DNA of 26,213 nt from an uncultured Dehalococcoidales bacterium (GCA_964584525.1 CAZPAL010000001.1:1-26213); one strand, 5' to 3'. Positions 1 to 7,960 are shown, numbered from the stretch's first letter. Numbers and translations are program-made. The notes: generated by a model from the letters alone, not told the origin.

Positions 1-265
1 GCGCAGCAGGTGCGGCAATCCCGTACCCGGAGGAATACGCCCCACCCGTCAAGATCCTTCGGCCATTCTTCATGGCCTCCAGGATGACACGGAAGAACTC
101 TGGATACCGGCTTTCGCCGGTATGGCGGGAGTGGTTACCCATGCTGGAAGCCACCCTTTCCTGTCATTGCGCGGAGCGCAGCAGGTGCGGCAATCCCGTA
201 CCCGGAGGAATACGCCCCACCCGTCAAGATTCTTCGGCCATTCTTCATGGCCTCCAGGATGACAC
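1..265. repeat. 90-bp direct repeat, two copies, 175-bp period; REP-like element bounded by TGTCAT...ATGACA
   Basis: Positions 1-90 and 176-265 are identical except one base (56 c vs 231 t). The complete second copy (162-264) starts TGTCAT and ends ATGACA, a 6-bp terminal inverted repeat, and contains the hairpin GGCCAT-tcttc-ATGGCC. A 19-bp repeat TACCCATGCTGGAAGCCAC follows each copy (136-154, 273-291). The first copy is cut by the window edge. Confidence 0.9.
101..124. repeat. REP-like palindrome of the GTCATxCCGGCGAAAGCCGGxATCCA type
   Basis: ATACCGGC-tttc-GCCGGTAT perfect 8-bp stem (104-123). The minus strand translates as IPAKAGIQ, the typical spurious peptide of this widespread palindrome class. 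Confidence 0.75.
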
Positions 266-275
266 ATAGGGATAC

Positions 276-408
276 CCATGCTGGAAGCCACGATGGGTGG
301 CTGAAGCATCCGGGGTGGTGTCAATGTTACACCTCTCCCCCTGCCCCCTCTCCAGCGGAGAGGGGGTATTACATATATCGAGAGGGGCTGGCGCCCCTCT
401 CGGACTCC
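276..408 (+). repeat. Three palindromic repeat modules (A 276-315, B 338-366, C 379-408) that recur inverted at 6072-6195
   Basis: B: CCCCCTCTCC-agc-GGAGAGGGGG 10-bp stem. C: CGAGAGGGGC-tggc-GCCCCTCTCG 10-bp stem. A: imperfect ATGCT..AGCCAC..GTGGCT..AGCAT. A matches the reverse complement of 6072-6111 at 38/40, and C matches the reverse complement of 6127-6156 at 29/30. Confidence 0.9.
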
Positions 409-436
409 TGCGTTTCTGCCAGAAAACCCCAGGCGG

Positions 437-445
437 TGATATAAT
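437..445 (+). promoter_or_regulatory. Extended -10 promoter (TGnTATAAT) 10 nt before the GTG of the PAP2 gene
   Basis: TGATATAAT at 437-445, with no Shine-Dalgarno before GTG 456. Confidence 0.6.
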
Positions 446-455
446 CGCAGCAAGC

Positions 456-1136
456 GTGCTGAAAATCATATTCAAAAATCGGGTCTTTTGGGCCTGGACA
501 CTGCTGGTAGCTGCGGCCGCCGGGCTGAGCCTGGCCGCCGGGCGCTACGATTATTTCCCCCTCGACCTGGAGCTTGCGCTGCGCCTGCAAGCCTTCCAGG
601 CGGGCTGGTTTCGAGATTTCATGGGAGCGGTGTCGTTCGTGTCAGGGAGCTGGCGGTTCGGACTGGCGGTGTTGCTCACCGGCATACTGCTCTGGAAGTG
701 GGCCAGCCTGAACCATGCGGCGGCGGCGCTGGCCGCCGGCATGCTCAGTTATGGCAACGTGCTGATGAAACTGGTGGTGGGCAGGCCGAGGCCGGCGGCG
801 GAACTGGTGGCTATAACCGCGCTGTACAGCGGTTCCAGTTTCCCCAGCGGACACACCTTCAGTTCATCGATGCTGCTGGGTATGCTAGCCATATTCGTTC
901 TGCTGAGCACCGCCCGCCGCCCGGAGAAAGCGGCGGCGGTTTCCGTGCTGGCGGGGTTGGCGCTGCTGGTAGGAGTGTCGAGGGTGTATCTGGGCGCGCA
1001 TTGGCCGAGCGATGTGCTGGGGGCGTACCTGTGGGCGGGGGTGTGGCTGGTTCCGCTCTACTACGGGCTGCGCCGCCGGCTGGCGGCCAGCGACGTTTCC
1101 GGGGTAGGGGAAAGACAGCGAGCCGGGCGCGGTTGA
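456..1136 (+). CDS. PAP2-family membrane phosphatase (lipid/undecaprenyl-PP phosphatase-like), about 226 aa
   Basis: Motifs KLVVGRPRP (C1), SFPSGH (C2) and SRVYLGAHWPSDV (C3), plus hydrophobic helices. I moved the start from 297 to GTG 456 because 297-455 is repeat DNA; the start is uncertain. Confidence 0.9.
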   Translation: MLKIIFKNRVFWAWTLLVAAAAGLSLAAGRYDYFPLDLELALRLQAFQAGWFRDFMGAVSFVSGSWRFGLAVLLTGILLWKWASLNHAAAALAAGMLSYGNVLMKLVVGRPRPAAELVAITALYSGSSFPSGHTFSSSMLLGMLAIFVLLSTARRPEKAAAVSVLAGLALLVGVSRVYLGAHWPSDVLGAYLWAGVWLVPLYYGLRRRLAASDVSGVGERQRAGRG

Positions 1137-1143
1137 TGATGTG

Positions 1144-1152
1144 TGATATTAT
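1144..1152 (+). promoter_or_regulatory. Extended -10-like promoter (TGaTATTAT) 9 nt before ATG 1162
   Basis: TGATATTAT in a 25-bp AT-rich gap, with no SD. Confidence 0.45.
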
Positions 1153-1161
1153 ATTAGCGTT

Positions 1162-1896
1162 ATGCGTTATGCCATTCTGGCGGACATCCATGCCAACGCC
1201 ACGGCTTTTGAAGCCGTACTGGCCGATATGGAACGCCGGGGCGGAGCGGATGAAATCTGGTGCCTGGGCGACATCGTCGGCTACGGCCCCGACCCCGGGC
1301 GCTGCATAGACCTGCTGCGGGGGTACAAACACGCGGCGGTGGCCGGCAACCATGACCTGGGGGCCATCGAAAAAATCAGCCTGGCGCGGTTCAACCCGGA
1401 CGGGGCGCAGGCTCTCCGGTGGACGATGGGGCAGCTCAAACCTGAACACCGTATCTTCCTGGAAAGGCTACCCGACAGCCGTGAAATCGGTGCTTTTACG
1501 CTGGTACACGGCAGCCCGCGGCAGCCGTTCGCCGAGTATATTGCCTCGCTGGGTTCGGCGCGCCAGGTTTTCGCCTGCTTCAAGACCAATTATTGCCTGG
1601 TGGGCCACACCCATCTGCCGCTGATTTTCAGCCAGGAAGGCGGAGAATGCGCCTTCAACCCCCCGCTGGAGAACATCGGGCGGGTGCTGGAGGCCGCCAG
1701 GCTGATTATCAACCCGGGAAGCGTGGGGCAGCCGCGCGACGGAAATCCGCGTGCCAGCTACATGCTTTTCGACAGCGACGCCGGCATTTTACGCCTGCAC
1801 AGGGTAGCCTACGACATCAACGCGGTACAGGCGCGTTACCTGGCGGCCGCCGGTTTGCCGCTGCGGTTGAGCGCGCGGCTGGAACGCGGAGCCTGA
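1162..1896 (+). CDS. Calcineurin-like metallophosphoesterase (YfcE/ApaH-like), 244 aa
   Basis: ADIHAN, LGDIVGYG, GNHD, HGSP, GHTH and NPGSVGQPRD motifs. Confidence 0.92.
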   Translation: MRYAILADIHANATAFEAVLADMERRGGADEIWCLGDIVGYGPDPGRCIDLLRGYKHAAVAGNHDLGAIEKISLARFNPDGAQALRWTMGQLKPEHRIFLERLPDSREIGAFTLVHGSPRQPFAEYIASLGSARQVFACFKTNYCLVGHTHLPLIFSQEGGECAFNPPLENIGRVLEAARLIINPGSVGQPRDGNPRASYMLFDSDAGILRLHRVAYDINAVQARYLAAAGLPLRLSARLERGA

Positions 1897-1897
1897 G

Positions 1898-2776
1898 ATG
1901 ACCGGCTTCACGCCGAAGACGCCCTCCCTGATGCAGGATACCCGCAGGCTGCTGGCCGGGCTGGAACACCGGGCGAGCAAGGGGCTGGGGCAGCACTTTT
2001 TAATCGACGCCGGCGTGCTGGCAAAAATCTGCCGCGCCGCCTGCCTTTCCGCCGGCGATACGGTAATCGAGGTGGGCCCCGGCCTGGGAGTGTTGACCCG
2101 CGAACTGGTGTCCGGCGCCGGGCGGGTGATTGCGGTGGAACTCGACCGCCGCCTGGCGGAGGCGCTGCCCGGCACGCTGGGGAACGTTCCCAACCTCTGT
2201 GTCGTCCACGGCGATATCCTCAAGATGGACGTGGCGTCACTGCTGGCGGAAGGAGGGCAGTCCGCTCCACGCAGTTACAAGGTGGTGGCCAACCTTCCAT
2301 ATTACATAACGTCAGCGATACTGCGTTTTTTCCTGGAAGCGGTACCGCCGCCGGAAGTGATGGTGGTGATGGTGCAGCGCGAAGTGGCTAAAACAATCAC
2401 CGCCAAACCCGGCCGGATGAGCCTGCTGGCGCTGAGCGTGCAAGTTTACGGCCGGCCTCAAATCGTAAGCCGCGTGCCGGCGGGTTGCTTTCACCCGGTA
2501 CCCGCAGTGGATTCGGCAGTGCTCAAGGTGTGCCCGCACGAAGCGCCGCTGATAACCCCTGGTGAAAGGGAGTCGTTTTTCCGGCTGGCACGCGCCGGTT
2601 TTTGTGCCGCCCGCAAGCAGCTGCCGAACTCGCTGGCCCAGGGACTCGGCATGGATAAAGCGGCAGCCCGGAACCTGCTGGCGGAGGCCGGCATAGACCC
2701 GCGCCGCAGGGCCGAGACACTGTCCGTAGAGGAATGGCTGAAGCTGTGGCGGGGTTACGTGAGGATGGACGAATGA
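1898..2776 (+). CDS. rsmA: 16S rRNA adenine dimethyltransferase KsgA/RsmA, 292 aa
   Basis: KGLGQHFLID, EVGPGLGVLT (SAM binding), VVANLPYYITS, MVQREVA, FHPVPAVDSAV and RRAETLS. Confidence 0.97.
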   Translation: MTGFTPKTPSLMQDTRRLLAGLEHRASKGLGQHFLIDAGVLAKICRAACLSAGDTVIEVGPGLGVLTRELVSGAGRVIAVELDRRLAEALPGTLGNVPNLCVVHGDILKMDVASLLAEGGQSAPRSYKVVANLPYYITSAILRFFLEAVPPPEVMVVMVQREVAKTITAKPGRMSLLALSVQVYGRPQIVSRVPAGCFHPVPAVDSAVLKVCPHEAPLITPGERESFFRLARAGFCAARKQLPNSLAQGLGMDKAAARNLLAEAGIDPRRRAETLSVEEWLKLWRGYVRMDE

Positions 2777-3639
2777 AGCTGACGCTGGCGTCCCCGGCCA
2801 AGCTCAACCTGAGCCTGGAAATCCTGGGAAGGCGCCCGGACGGCTACCATGAGGTGTTGAGCGTGATGCAGGCCGTCAGCCTGTGCGATTACCTGGAAAT
2901 AGAACCCCATTCCTGCCTGGATGTCAGTTGCGGCCTGCCCGGCTGGCAGGCTGAAAAGAGCCTGGTGCGGCGCGCCGCCTGCCTGATGGCGGAGCGGGCG
3001 GGGGGCGGGGCGGGAGCCCGCATCCGCATAACCAAACATATTCCGCTTTCATCGGGCTTGGGCGGGGATTCCAGCAACGCGGCGGCGGCGCTTGACGGCT
3101 TGAACCGCCTGTGGGGGTGGGGATTATCTGGAATTCTCCTGGAGCAAATCGGGGCCTCCCTCGGAACCGACGTATCCTTCTTTCTCAGAGGGGGCACCGC
3201 GCTGGGGGCCGGGCGGGGGCAGGAACTCACTTCCCTGCCACCGCTGGGGGTGCTGCATGTGGTTATTTTCCACCCGGCTGTGGCCCGGCCTGAAAAGAAA
3301 ACGGCAACCCTCTATAATATGCTCCAGGCCGGGGATTATTCCGATGGCAGCCGCACCCGGGAACTGGCCGGCCTGATAGCCAGGGGAGCGGCTATCGAAA
3401 GTGCCGGGCTGTACAATGCATTCGAAGGGGCTGCCCTGCGCGTTTTCAGCGGGCTGGCAGCCAGCCGGGAAGAGTTCAGGGCAGCGGGAGCGGGGGAAGT
3501 GCACCTGGCCGGTTCCGGCCCGGCGCTTTTTGCCGTCTTCGCTGACGCCGTGAACGCCGTGGATGTGTGCGCGCGCCTGAAATCGAGGGGGCTGAACGCC
3601 TGGGCGGCAGGTCCAGCCTTGAAAACTTGGAACGGGTGA
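2773..3639 (+). CDS. ispE: 4-diphosphocytidyl-2-C-methyl-D-erythritol kinase (MEP pathway), about 288 aa
   Basis: SPAKLNLSLEILGRRPDGYHE, IPLSSGLGGDSSNAAA, LGTDVSFF and LAGSGP. ATG 2773 overlaps the rsmA stop (ATGA). Confidence 0.95.
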   Translation: MKLTLASPAKLNLSLEILGRRPDGYHEVLSVMQAVSLCDYLEIEPHSCLDVSCGLPGWQAEKSLVRRAACLMAERAGGGAGARIRITKHIPLSSGLGGDSSNAAAALDGLNRLWGWGLSGILLEQIGASLGTDVSFFLRGGTALGAGRGQELTSLPPLGVLHVVIFHPAVARPEKKTATLYNMLQAGDYSDGSRTRELAGLIARGAAIESAGLYNAFEGAALRVFSGLAASREEFRAAGAGEVHLAGSGPALFAVFADAVNAVDVCARLKSRGLNAWAAGPALKTWNG

Positions 3640-3651
3640 CGAAAAAAGAGT

Positions 3652-4329
3652 ATGTTTGAATCCGTCTTCGCTATTCTGGCAGGCTACCTGCTGGGTTCCT
3701 TCCCGTCGGCATTCATCGCATCGCGCCTTTTCAAAAAGCGCGACATCCGGGAGCTGGGAGGCGGAAACATGGGCACCATCAACGCCATGCGCGAAATCGG
3801 CCTGGTGCCCGGGTTACTGGTGCTTTTCTTCGACGTTTTCAAGGGAGTGGCGACCGTGCTGCTGGCCGGGTGGCTGGGAGTGTACATCGGGGTCACTTTC
3901 GCCGCCGGGCTGGCTGCCGTCATCGGCCACAACTACCCGGCCTATCTAAGCTTCCGGGGGGGTAAGGGAGGAGCGGTGGCGATGGGCGTGCTGGCGGCGC
4001 TGGTCCCGCCTGGCGCGGCGGCTGTCGGTTTCGCCGTCATGCTGGCGGTAGTGCTGCTCACCAGCAATATGCGGCTGGCCCTCAGCGCTGGTTTTGCAGC
4101 GCTGCCGCTGCTTGCCTGGGCTTTCGGTGGGCCGGCCTCAGTGGCGCTCTATGCGCTGGCGTTGGCGCTGCTGCTGGGAATAAGGATGGTAATCAGGGAG
4201 CGCCATCTGCTGGCGGACAAAAACACACGTAAAAACCTCATCTTCGACCGCGATTTTACTCCCTGGCAGACCAAGCGGCGCAAAAAAGAAAATAATCAAA
4301 TACGTTCACAGGAGAAGAAGGATGAGTAA
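3652..4329 (+). CDS. plsY: Glycerol-3-phosphate acyltransferase PlsY, 225 aa
   Basis: GYLLGSFP, DIRELGGGNMGTIN, DVFKG and GHNYP..RGGKG motifs; multi-pass hydrophobic. Confidence 0.93.
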   Translation: MFESVFAILAGYLLGSFPSAFIASRLFKKRDIRELGGGNMGTINAMREIGLVPGLLVLFFDVFKGVATVLLAGWLGVYIGVTFAAGLAAVIGHNYPAYLSFRGGKGGAVAMGVLAALVPPGAAAVGFAVMLAVVLLTSNMRLALSAGFAALPLLAWAFGGPASVALYALALALLLGIRMVIRERHLLADKNTRKNLIFDRDFTPWQTKRRKKENNQIRSQEKKDE

Positions 4330-4825
4330 CACCCCGCAAAATTTGAAGGACGCCTTTGCCGGCGAAAGCCAGGCCAGCCGCAAATACCTTTATTTTGCCG
4401 AAAAGGCCGATCGCGAAGGACATGCGCAGGTGGCCCGGCTGTTCCGGGCGGCGTCCGAGGCCGAGACTGTGCACGCGCGTAACCACCTGACCGCCCTGAT
4501 GGGCATCGGCCAAACCGCGGACAACCTGAAAGCGGCGGTGGCCGGCGAACATTATGAATTCACCCTGATGTACCCGCCCTTCATCGAGCAGGCGCAGGCG
4601 GAAGGTGCGGCCGAAGCCCGGCGCAGCTTCGACCTGGCCAACCGGGTGGAGGAAATCCATCACAGTCTCTACCAGCAGGCGCTGGCGGCTGTTTCGGAGG
4701 GGAAGTCTCTACCCGAGGGCGAGTATTTGGTCTGCCAGGTGTGCGGCTATACCGTGCTGGGCGAGGCCCCGGAAATCTGCCCCATCTGCGGCGCCCCGCA
4801 CGTCAAGTTCAAGAAAGTGGCCTGA
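4322..4825 (+). CDS. rbr: Rubrerythrin, 167 aa
   Basis: AFAGESQA..KY, AETVHA, GEHYE and EEIH diiron ligands. C-terminal CQVCGY..CPICG rubredoxin domain. Confidence 0.96.
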   Translation: MSNTPQNLKDAFAGESQASRKYLYFAEKADREGHAQVARLFRAASEAETVHARNHLTALMGIGQTADNLKAAVAGEHYEFTLMYPPFIEQAQAEGAAEARRSFDLANRVEEIHHSLYQQALAAVSEGKSLPEGEYLVCQVCGYTVLGEAPEICPICGAPHVKFKKVA

Positions 4826-6020
4826 ACTCGGCGTCAAGCCGTTCCGCCAGTCGCCGGCGGAGCACCTCCCCGATACACGGCCCGGGCGGGATTCCCATCT
4901 TGAGAAGGTCCCGGCCGCTGATGCCGGGACTGACGTGGCGCAGTTTGTTTAGATAGAACTCAATGTTGCGTGAAGCGGCGGAATCCGGCACGGCGACGGC
5001 GGCGGCGCGCAGCGCAGCCGGGTCCAACCCGTGAAGCAGGTCATAGACCTCACTCGGCCTGCGCCCGGGCTCCGAGAGTTCGCCGAGCCTGCTTTTCAGC
5101 CTGCGCAAGCTGTTCAAGACCGATGCGGCGGCCTTCGGCAGGTTCAGCTTTTGCTCAAGCGCGGCTGCGGCGCTGTCTTCCAGGCGATAAACCAGCAGGC
5201 CGAGATAGAGGCTTGCCGGCGGAGTTTCAGGTGCTTCACTTTGCCGGGCCAAGCGGTACCTTTCGGCCAGCCAATCGTCGGCTCGCAGGGCGGGATGGAT
5301 GCCGGCCAGCGCGCCCAACTCCCCGGCCCGCGCCAGGATTTTCTCCGGGAACTCCTCGGCGAACACGCATTCCAGTTCGTAGCGCAGCCGCTCGCCGCTG
5401 ATGGCGTCCAACCCGGCTATGTCGCGCACCAGCCAGCCCAGCGTCTGAGCTTCGATTAAAAAATCAAGGCGCTGTTGGTAGCGAATAGCGCGCCAGATGC
5501 GGGTGGGGTCGTCCTGAAAACCGCGCTCGTGAAGCACCCGCACCAGTTTCGCCTCCAGGTCCCGTCGGCCGCCGCAGGGGTCGCTGAGCGCGCCGAAATC
5601 ATCCTGGTTGAGTGAAATTGCCATGGCGTTGATGGTGAAATCACGGCGCAGCAGGTCTGCCGGCAGGCTGCCCGGCCTGACCGAGGGCAGCGCCCCGGGC
5701 CGCTCGTAGCTCTCCCGGCGCGTCGAAGCGAAATCCAGGCTGTAACGGCCCCAGCGCATGGCGGCGGTGCCGAAAGCACGGTGGACGGTAAGAGGGGCGT
5801 TGCCCTCTGCAGCCAGAGTTTGCGCCAGCGCAACGGCGTCGCCCTCCACCGCCAGGTCTATGTCCAAGCCGGCGCGCTCCAGCAGCAGGTCGCGCACGGC
5901 TCCGCCGGCAAGGTAGAGCCGTTCACCGCGTCCGGCGGCCTCCGCCGCCGCTTTCAGCACAAATTGCAGCAGGTCGGGCGGCAGACGCCGCCGGACCGGT
6001 TCGGCCAGGTTGGTATCCAT
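4809..6020 (-). CDS. cca: tRNA nucleotidyltransferase (CCA/A-adding, class II PolyA_pol family), about 403 aa
   Basis: LYLAGGAVRDLLL, DID, RRESY..PGALPSV loop, DLLRRDFTINAMA and FQDDPTRIWRAIRY. I set the start at ATG 6020 because the upstream MCYN is the promoter TGTTATAAT read as codons. Confidence 0.88.
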   Translation of the reverse strand: MDTNLAEPVRRRLPPDLLQFVLKAAAEAAGRGERLYLAGGAVRDLLLERAGLDIDLAVEGDAVALAQTLAAEGNAPLTVHRAFGTAAMRWGRYSLDFASTRRESYERPGALPSVRPGSLPADLLRRDFTINAMAISLNQDDFGALSDPCGGRRDLEAKLVRVLHERGFQDDPTRIWRAIRYQQRLDFLIEAQTLGWLVRDIAGLDAISGERLRYELECVFAEEFPEKILARAGELGALAGIHPALRADDWLAERYRLARQSEAPETPPASLYLGLLVYRLEDSAAAALEQKLNLPKAAASVLNSLRRLKSRLGELSEPGRRPSEVYDLLHGLDPAALRAAAVAVPDSAASRNIEFYLNKLRHVSPGISGRDLLKMGIPPGPCIGEVLRRRLAERLDAEFRPLS

Positions 6021-6029
6021 AACGACAAA

Positions 6030-6038
6030 ATTATAACA
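6030..6038 (-). promoter_or_regulatory. Extended -10 promoter (TGtTATAAT) 9 nt before ATG 6020
   Basis: Reverse complement of ATTATAACA (6030-6038), with no SD. Confidence 0.6.
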
Positions 6039-6071
6039 CACCGGCTTCCGCTGAAAACGGGACGCGCCCCG

Positions 6072-6195
6072 CCCCGGATGCTTCAGCCACTCTTCGTGGC
6101 TTCCAGCATGGACACAGCTAAAGCGGGGAGTCCGAGAAGGGCGCCAGCCCCTCTCGGAAATATTTCCCCCTCTCTTCTCAAGAGAGGGGCAGGGG
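6072..6195 (-). repeat. Second copy of repeat modules A, C and B (inverted, permuted)
   Basis: rcA 6072-6111, rcC 6127-6156, rcB 6166-6195 (CCCCTCTCTT-ctc-AAGAGAGGGG stem). Lies in the divergent cca/kinase intergenic region. Confidence 0.9.
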
Positions 6196-6221
6196 TGAGT
6201 TCGTCATGAACCCTGCCGGGG

Positions 6222-6251
6222 TTGTTAAAGGCCGGGCCTTTAACCTATAAT
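6222..6251 (+). promoter_or_regulatory. Sigma70-like promoter (TTGTTA-N18-TATAAT) overlapped by a perfect 21-bp palindrome
   Basis: GTTAAAGGCC-g-GGCCTTTAAC at 6224-6244, TATAAT at 6246-6251, and SD AAGGAG before ATG 6279. Confidence 0.55.
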
Positions 6252-6278
6252 CCTTGCCATCACCATTGAAGGAGCACC

Positions 6279-6839
6279 ATGGGAGTTATCGCTATCGTGG
6301 GCATGGCCGGAGCAGGCAAATCCGAGGCCGCCGCCGCGTTTGAAAAACAGGGGTTTACCCGCATCAGGTTCGGCGACACCACCGATACAGAACTGAAAAG
6401 GCAGGGCATGGAAGTAAATGAAGCCAACGAGCGCAAGATGCGCGAGGCGCTCAGGCAGCGCTACGGCATGGCCGCCTACGCGGTGCTCAACCTTTCACGC
6501 ATAGACATGGCGCTTAAAACAGCCCCGGTGGTCATCGACGGCCTCTATTCGTGGGAGGAATACATATCCCTCAAGGATTATTTCAGCCAGCGTTTCCTGG
6601 TGGTGGCGGTGTGGGCTTCGCCCGAAGTGCGCTACGGGCGGCTGGCGGTGCGCGCGGTGCGCCCGCTGACGGAAGCCGAAGCCTTCAGTCGTGACAACGC
6701 CGAAATAATCAAACTCAACAAGGGCGGCCCCATCGCCATGGCGGATTACACCATCATCAACGAAGGTTCTTTGAAAGACCTGGAGAGAAATTGCCGCAAG
6801 CTGGCCTCCGGATTGAAAAAAAGCCATGAGCCGGCCTGA
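6279..6839 (+). CDS. P-loop NMP-kinase-fold protein (archaeal-type dephospho-CoA-kinase-like/AAA family), 186 aa
   Basis: [12 protein letters not shown] Walker [24 protein letters not shown] and ADYTIINEG. The substrate cannot be determined from sequence. Confidence 0.8.
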   Translation: MGVIAIVGMAGAGKSEAAAAFEKQGFTRIRFGDTTDTELKRQGMEVNEANERKMREALRQRYGMAAYAVLNLSRIDMALKTAPVVIDGLYSWEEYISLKDYFSQRFLVVAVWASPEVRYGRLAVRAVRPLTEAEAFSRDNAEIIKLNKGGPIAMADYTIINEGSLKDLERNCRKLASGLKKSHEPA

Positions 6840-7299
6840 CGCGGACCAGTATTTTCTGAAAATTGCGGCGGTGGTGGCCGAACGCTCCACCTGCCTGCGC
6901 CATCACGTGGGCGCGGTGGCGGTGAGGGACAAGCATATCCTGTCCACCGGTTACAACGGCGCTCCTTCGGGCGTGCCGGACTGCCTGAGCCTGGGATGCC
7001 TGCGCAACCAGCTCAACATCCCTTCAGGCACGCGCCACGAAACCTGCCGCGCTGTCCATGCCGAGCAGAACGCCATCATCCAGGCCGCTCTGCACGGGGT
7101 CAGCCTGGAGGGGGCCACCATCTACTGCACGCACACGCCCTGCATACTGTGCGCCAAGATGCTGACCAATGCCCGCATCGCGCGTTATGTGAGCTTCGGC
7201 AAATATGCCGATGATGCCTTCGTGGAGTTGTTCCAGACTGCCGGTATCCGGTATGAACGGTTGCCCTGCCCGGCAGTGGAAATAGGGTTCCTGGAGTAG
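6826..7299 (+). CDS. dCMP deaminase / deoxycytidylate deaminase family, 157 aa
   Basis: [24 protein letters not shown] and PCILCAKM zinc motifs. Overlaps the upstream kinase by 14 bp. Confidence 0.93.
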   Translation: MSRPDADQYFLKIAAVVAERSTCLRHHVGAVAVRDKHILSTGYNGAPSGVPDCLSLGCLRNQLNIPSGTRHETCRAVHAEQNAIIQAALHGVSLEGATIYCTHTPCILCAKMLTNARIARYVSFGKYADDAFVELFQTAGIRYERLPCPAVEIGFLE

Positions 7300-7312
7300 G
7301 GCTGAAACCGCC

Positions 7313-7960
7313 TCAGCTCATCAGCTTCAGGCGCGCCAGCGACCACACCGCATCCAGCAGCACCGGGCGCTCCGGAGCGATGCTGCGGAACCAGGCCTGC
7401 CAGGCGGAGTACTGCCCGCAATCGAAAGCGAGCAGGCGGCGCAGGCTGTTCTCGTTGACGTCTTTCATATGGAACGATGGTTCCGGAAAGCGGTCGCCCC
7501 CAGTGATGGTCGGAGCCACGTAATGCAGGTAGTCGTCGCGAAAAAACGACTGCAGGTACAGGATGACAACCCCGTCCAGCGTCACGTGTAAAAAAGGGGA
7601 CAGGCGGCAGGATTCGTCAGCCGGCAATATCTGGCTGCTTTCCACGTATTCTTTGAGGAAAACATTGACTGCCTGCTGGGCTTCACCGTAGCTGACGCTG
7701 CCCCCGCTGCGGGATTTGACCTGCTGGAGGAACGACTGCACGAAGCGGTGGTGACAGGCATCGAACTCTTCCAGCGAGGAGACCGGCCTGAACTCCTGCG
7801 AATACTGCCAGGCCAGCTCCTGCAATTTGGGCAGGAAGTTGCGCTCCATCAAGCGCGACAGCCTGGACAGCAGAATCGGCCCGGCCTCGAACCCGCGCCG
7901 TTTTTCTTCATTCTCGCGCTCGCGGCAGCAGCGGATGAGGTTTTCGTAATCGCACATCAT
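7313..7960 (-). CDS. Hypothetical protein, about 215 aa, translationally coupled to mgsD
   Basis: ATG 7960 overlaps the mgsD stop (ATGA). It fills the gap to the deaminase. Motif-like segments: SYGEAQQAVNVFLKEY, LHVTLD, YSAWQAWFR. Confidence 0.75.
   Translation of the reverse strand: MMCDYENLIRCCRERENEEKRRGFEAGPILLSRLSRLMERNFLPKLQELAWQYSQEFRPVSSLEEFDACHHRFVQSFLQQVKSRSGGSVSYGEAQQAVNVFLKEYVESSQILPADESCRLSPFLHVTLDGVVILYLQSFFRDDYLHYVAPTITGGDRFPEPSFHMKDVNENSLRRLLAFDCGQYSAWQAWFRSIAPERPVLLDAVWSLARLKLMS

Noticed and set aside
1-291. Possible CRISPR array
   Set aside because: Only two copies, a 90-bp repeat and a 175-bp period, with no cas genes. This does not fit CRISPR geometry.
70-590. Six short ORFs (70-453, 72-269, 245-475, 247-444, 369-590 and the 5' part of 297-1136)
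   Set aside because: They are translations of palindromic repeat DNA (IPAKAGIQ, PSPLERG and LSPCPLSSGEG-type peptides), with no SD or family motif.
3052-3084. IspE glycine-rich loop reads GLGGDSS instead of GLGGGSS
   Set aside because: All other motifs are intact and the gene is coupled to rsmA. This is most likely a lineage variant, and I have no evidence of altered function.
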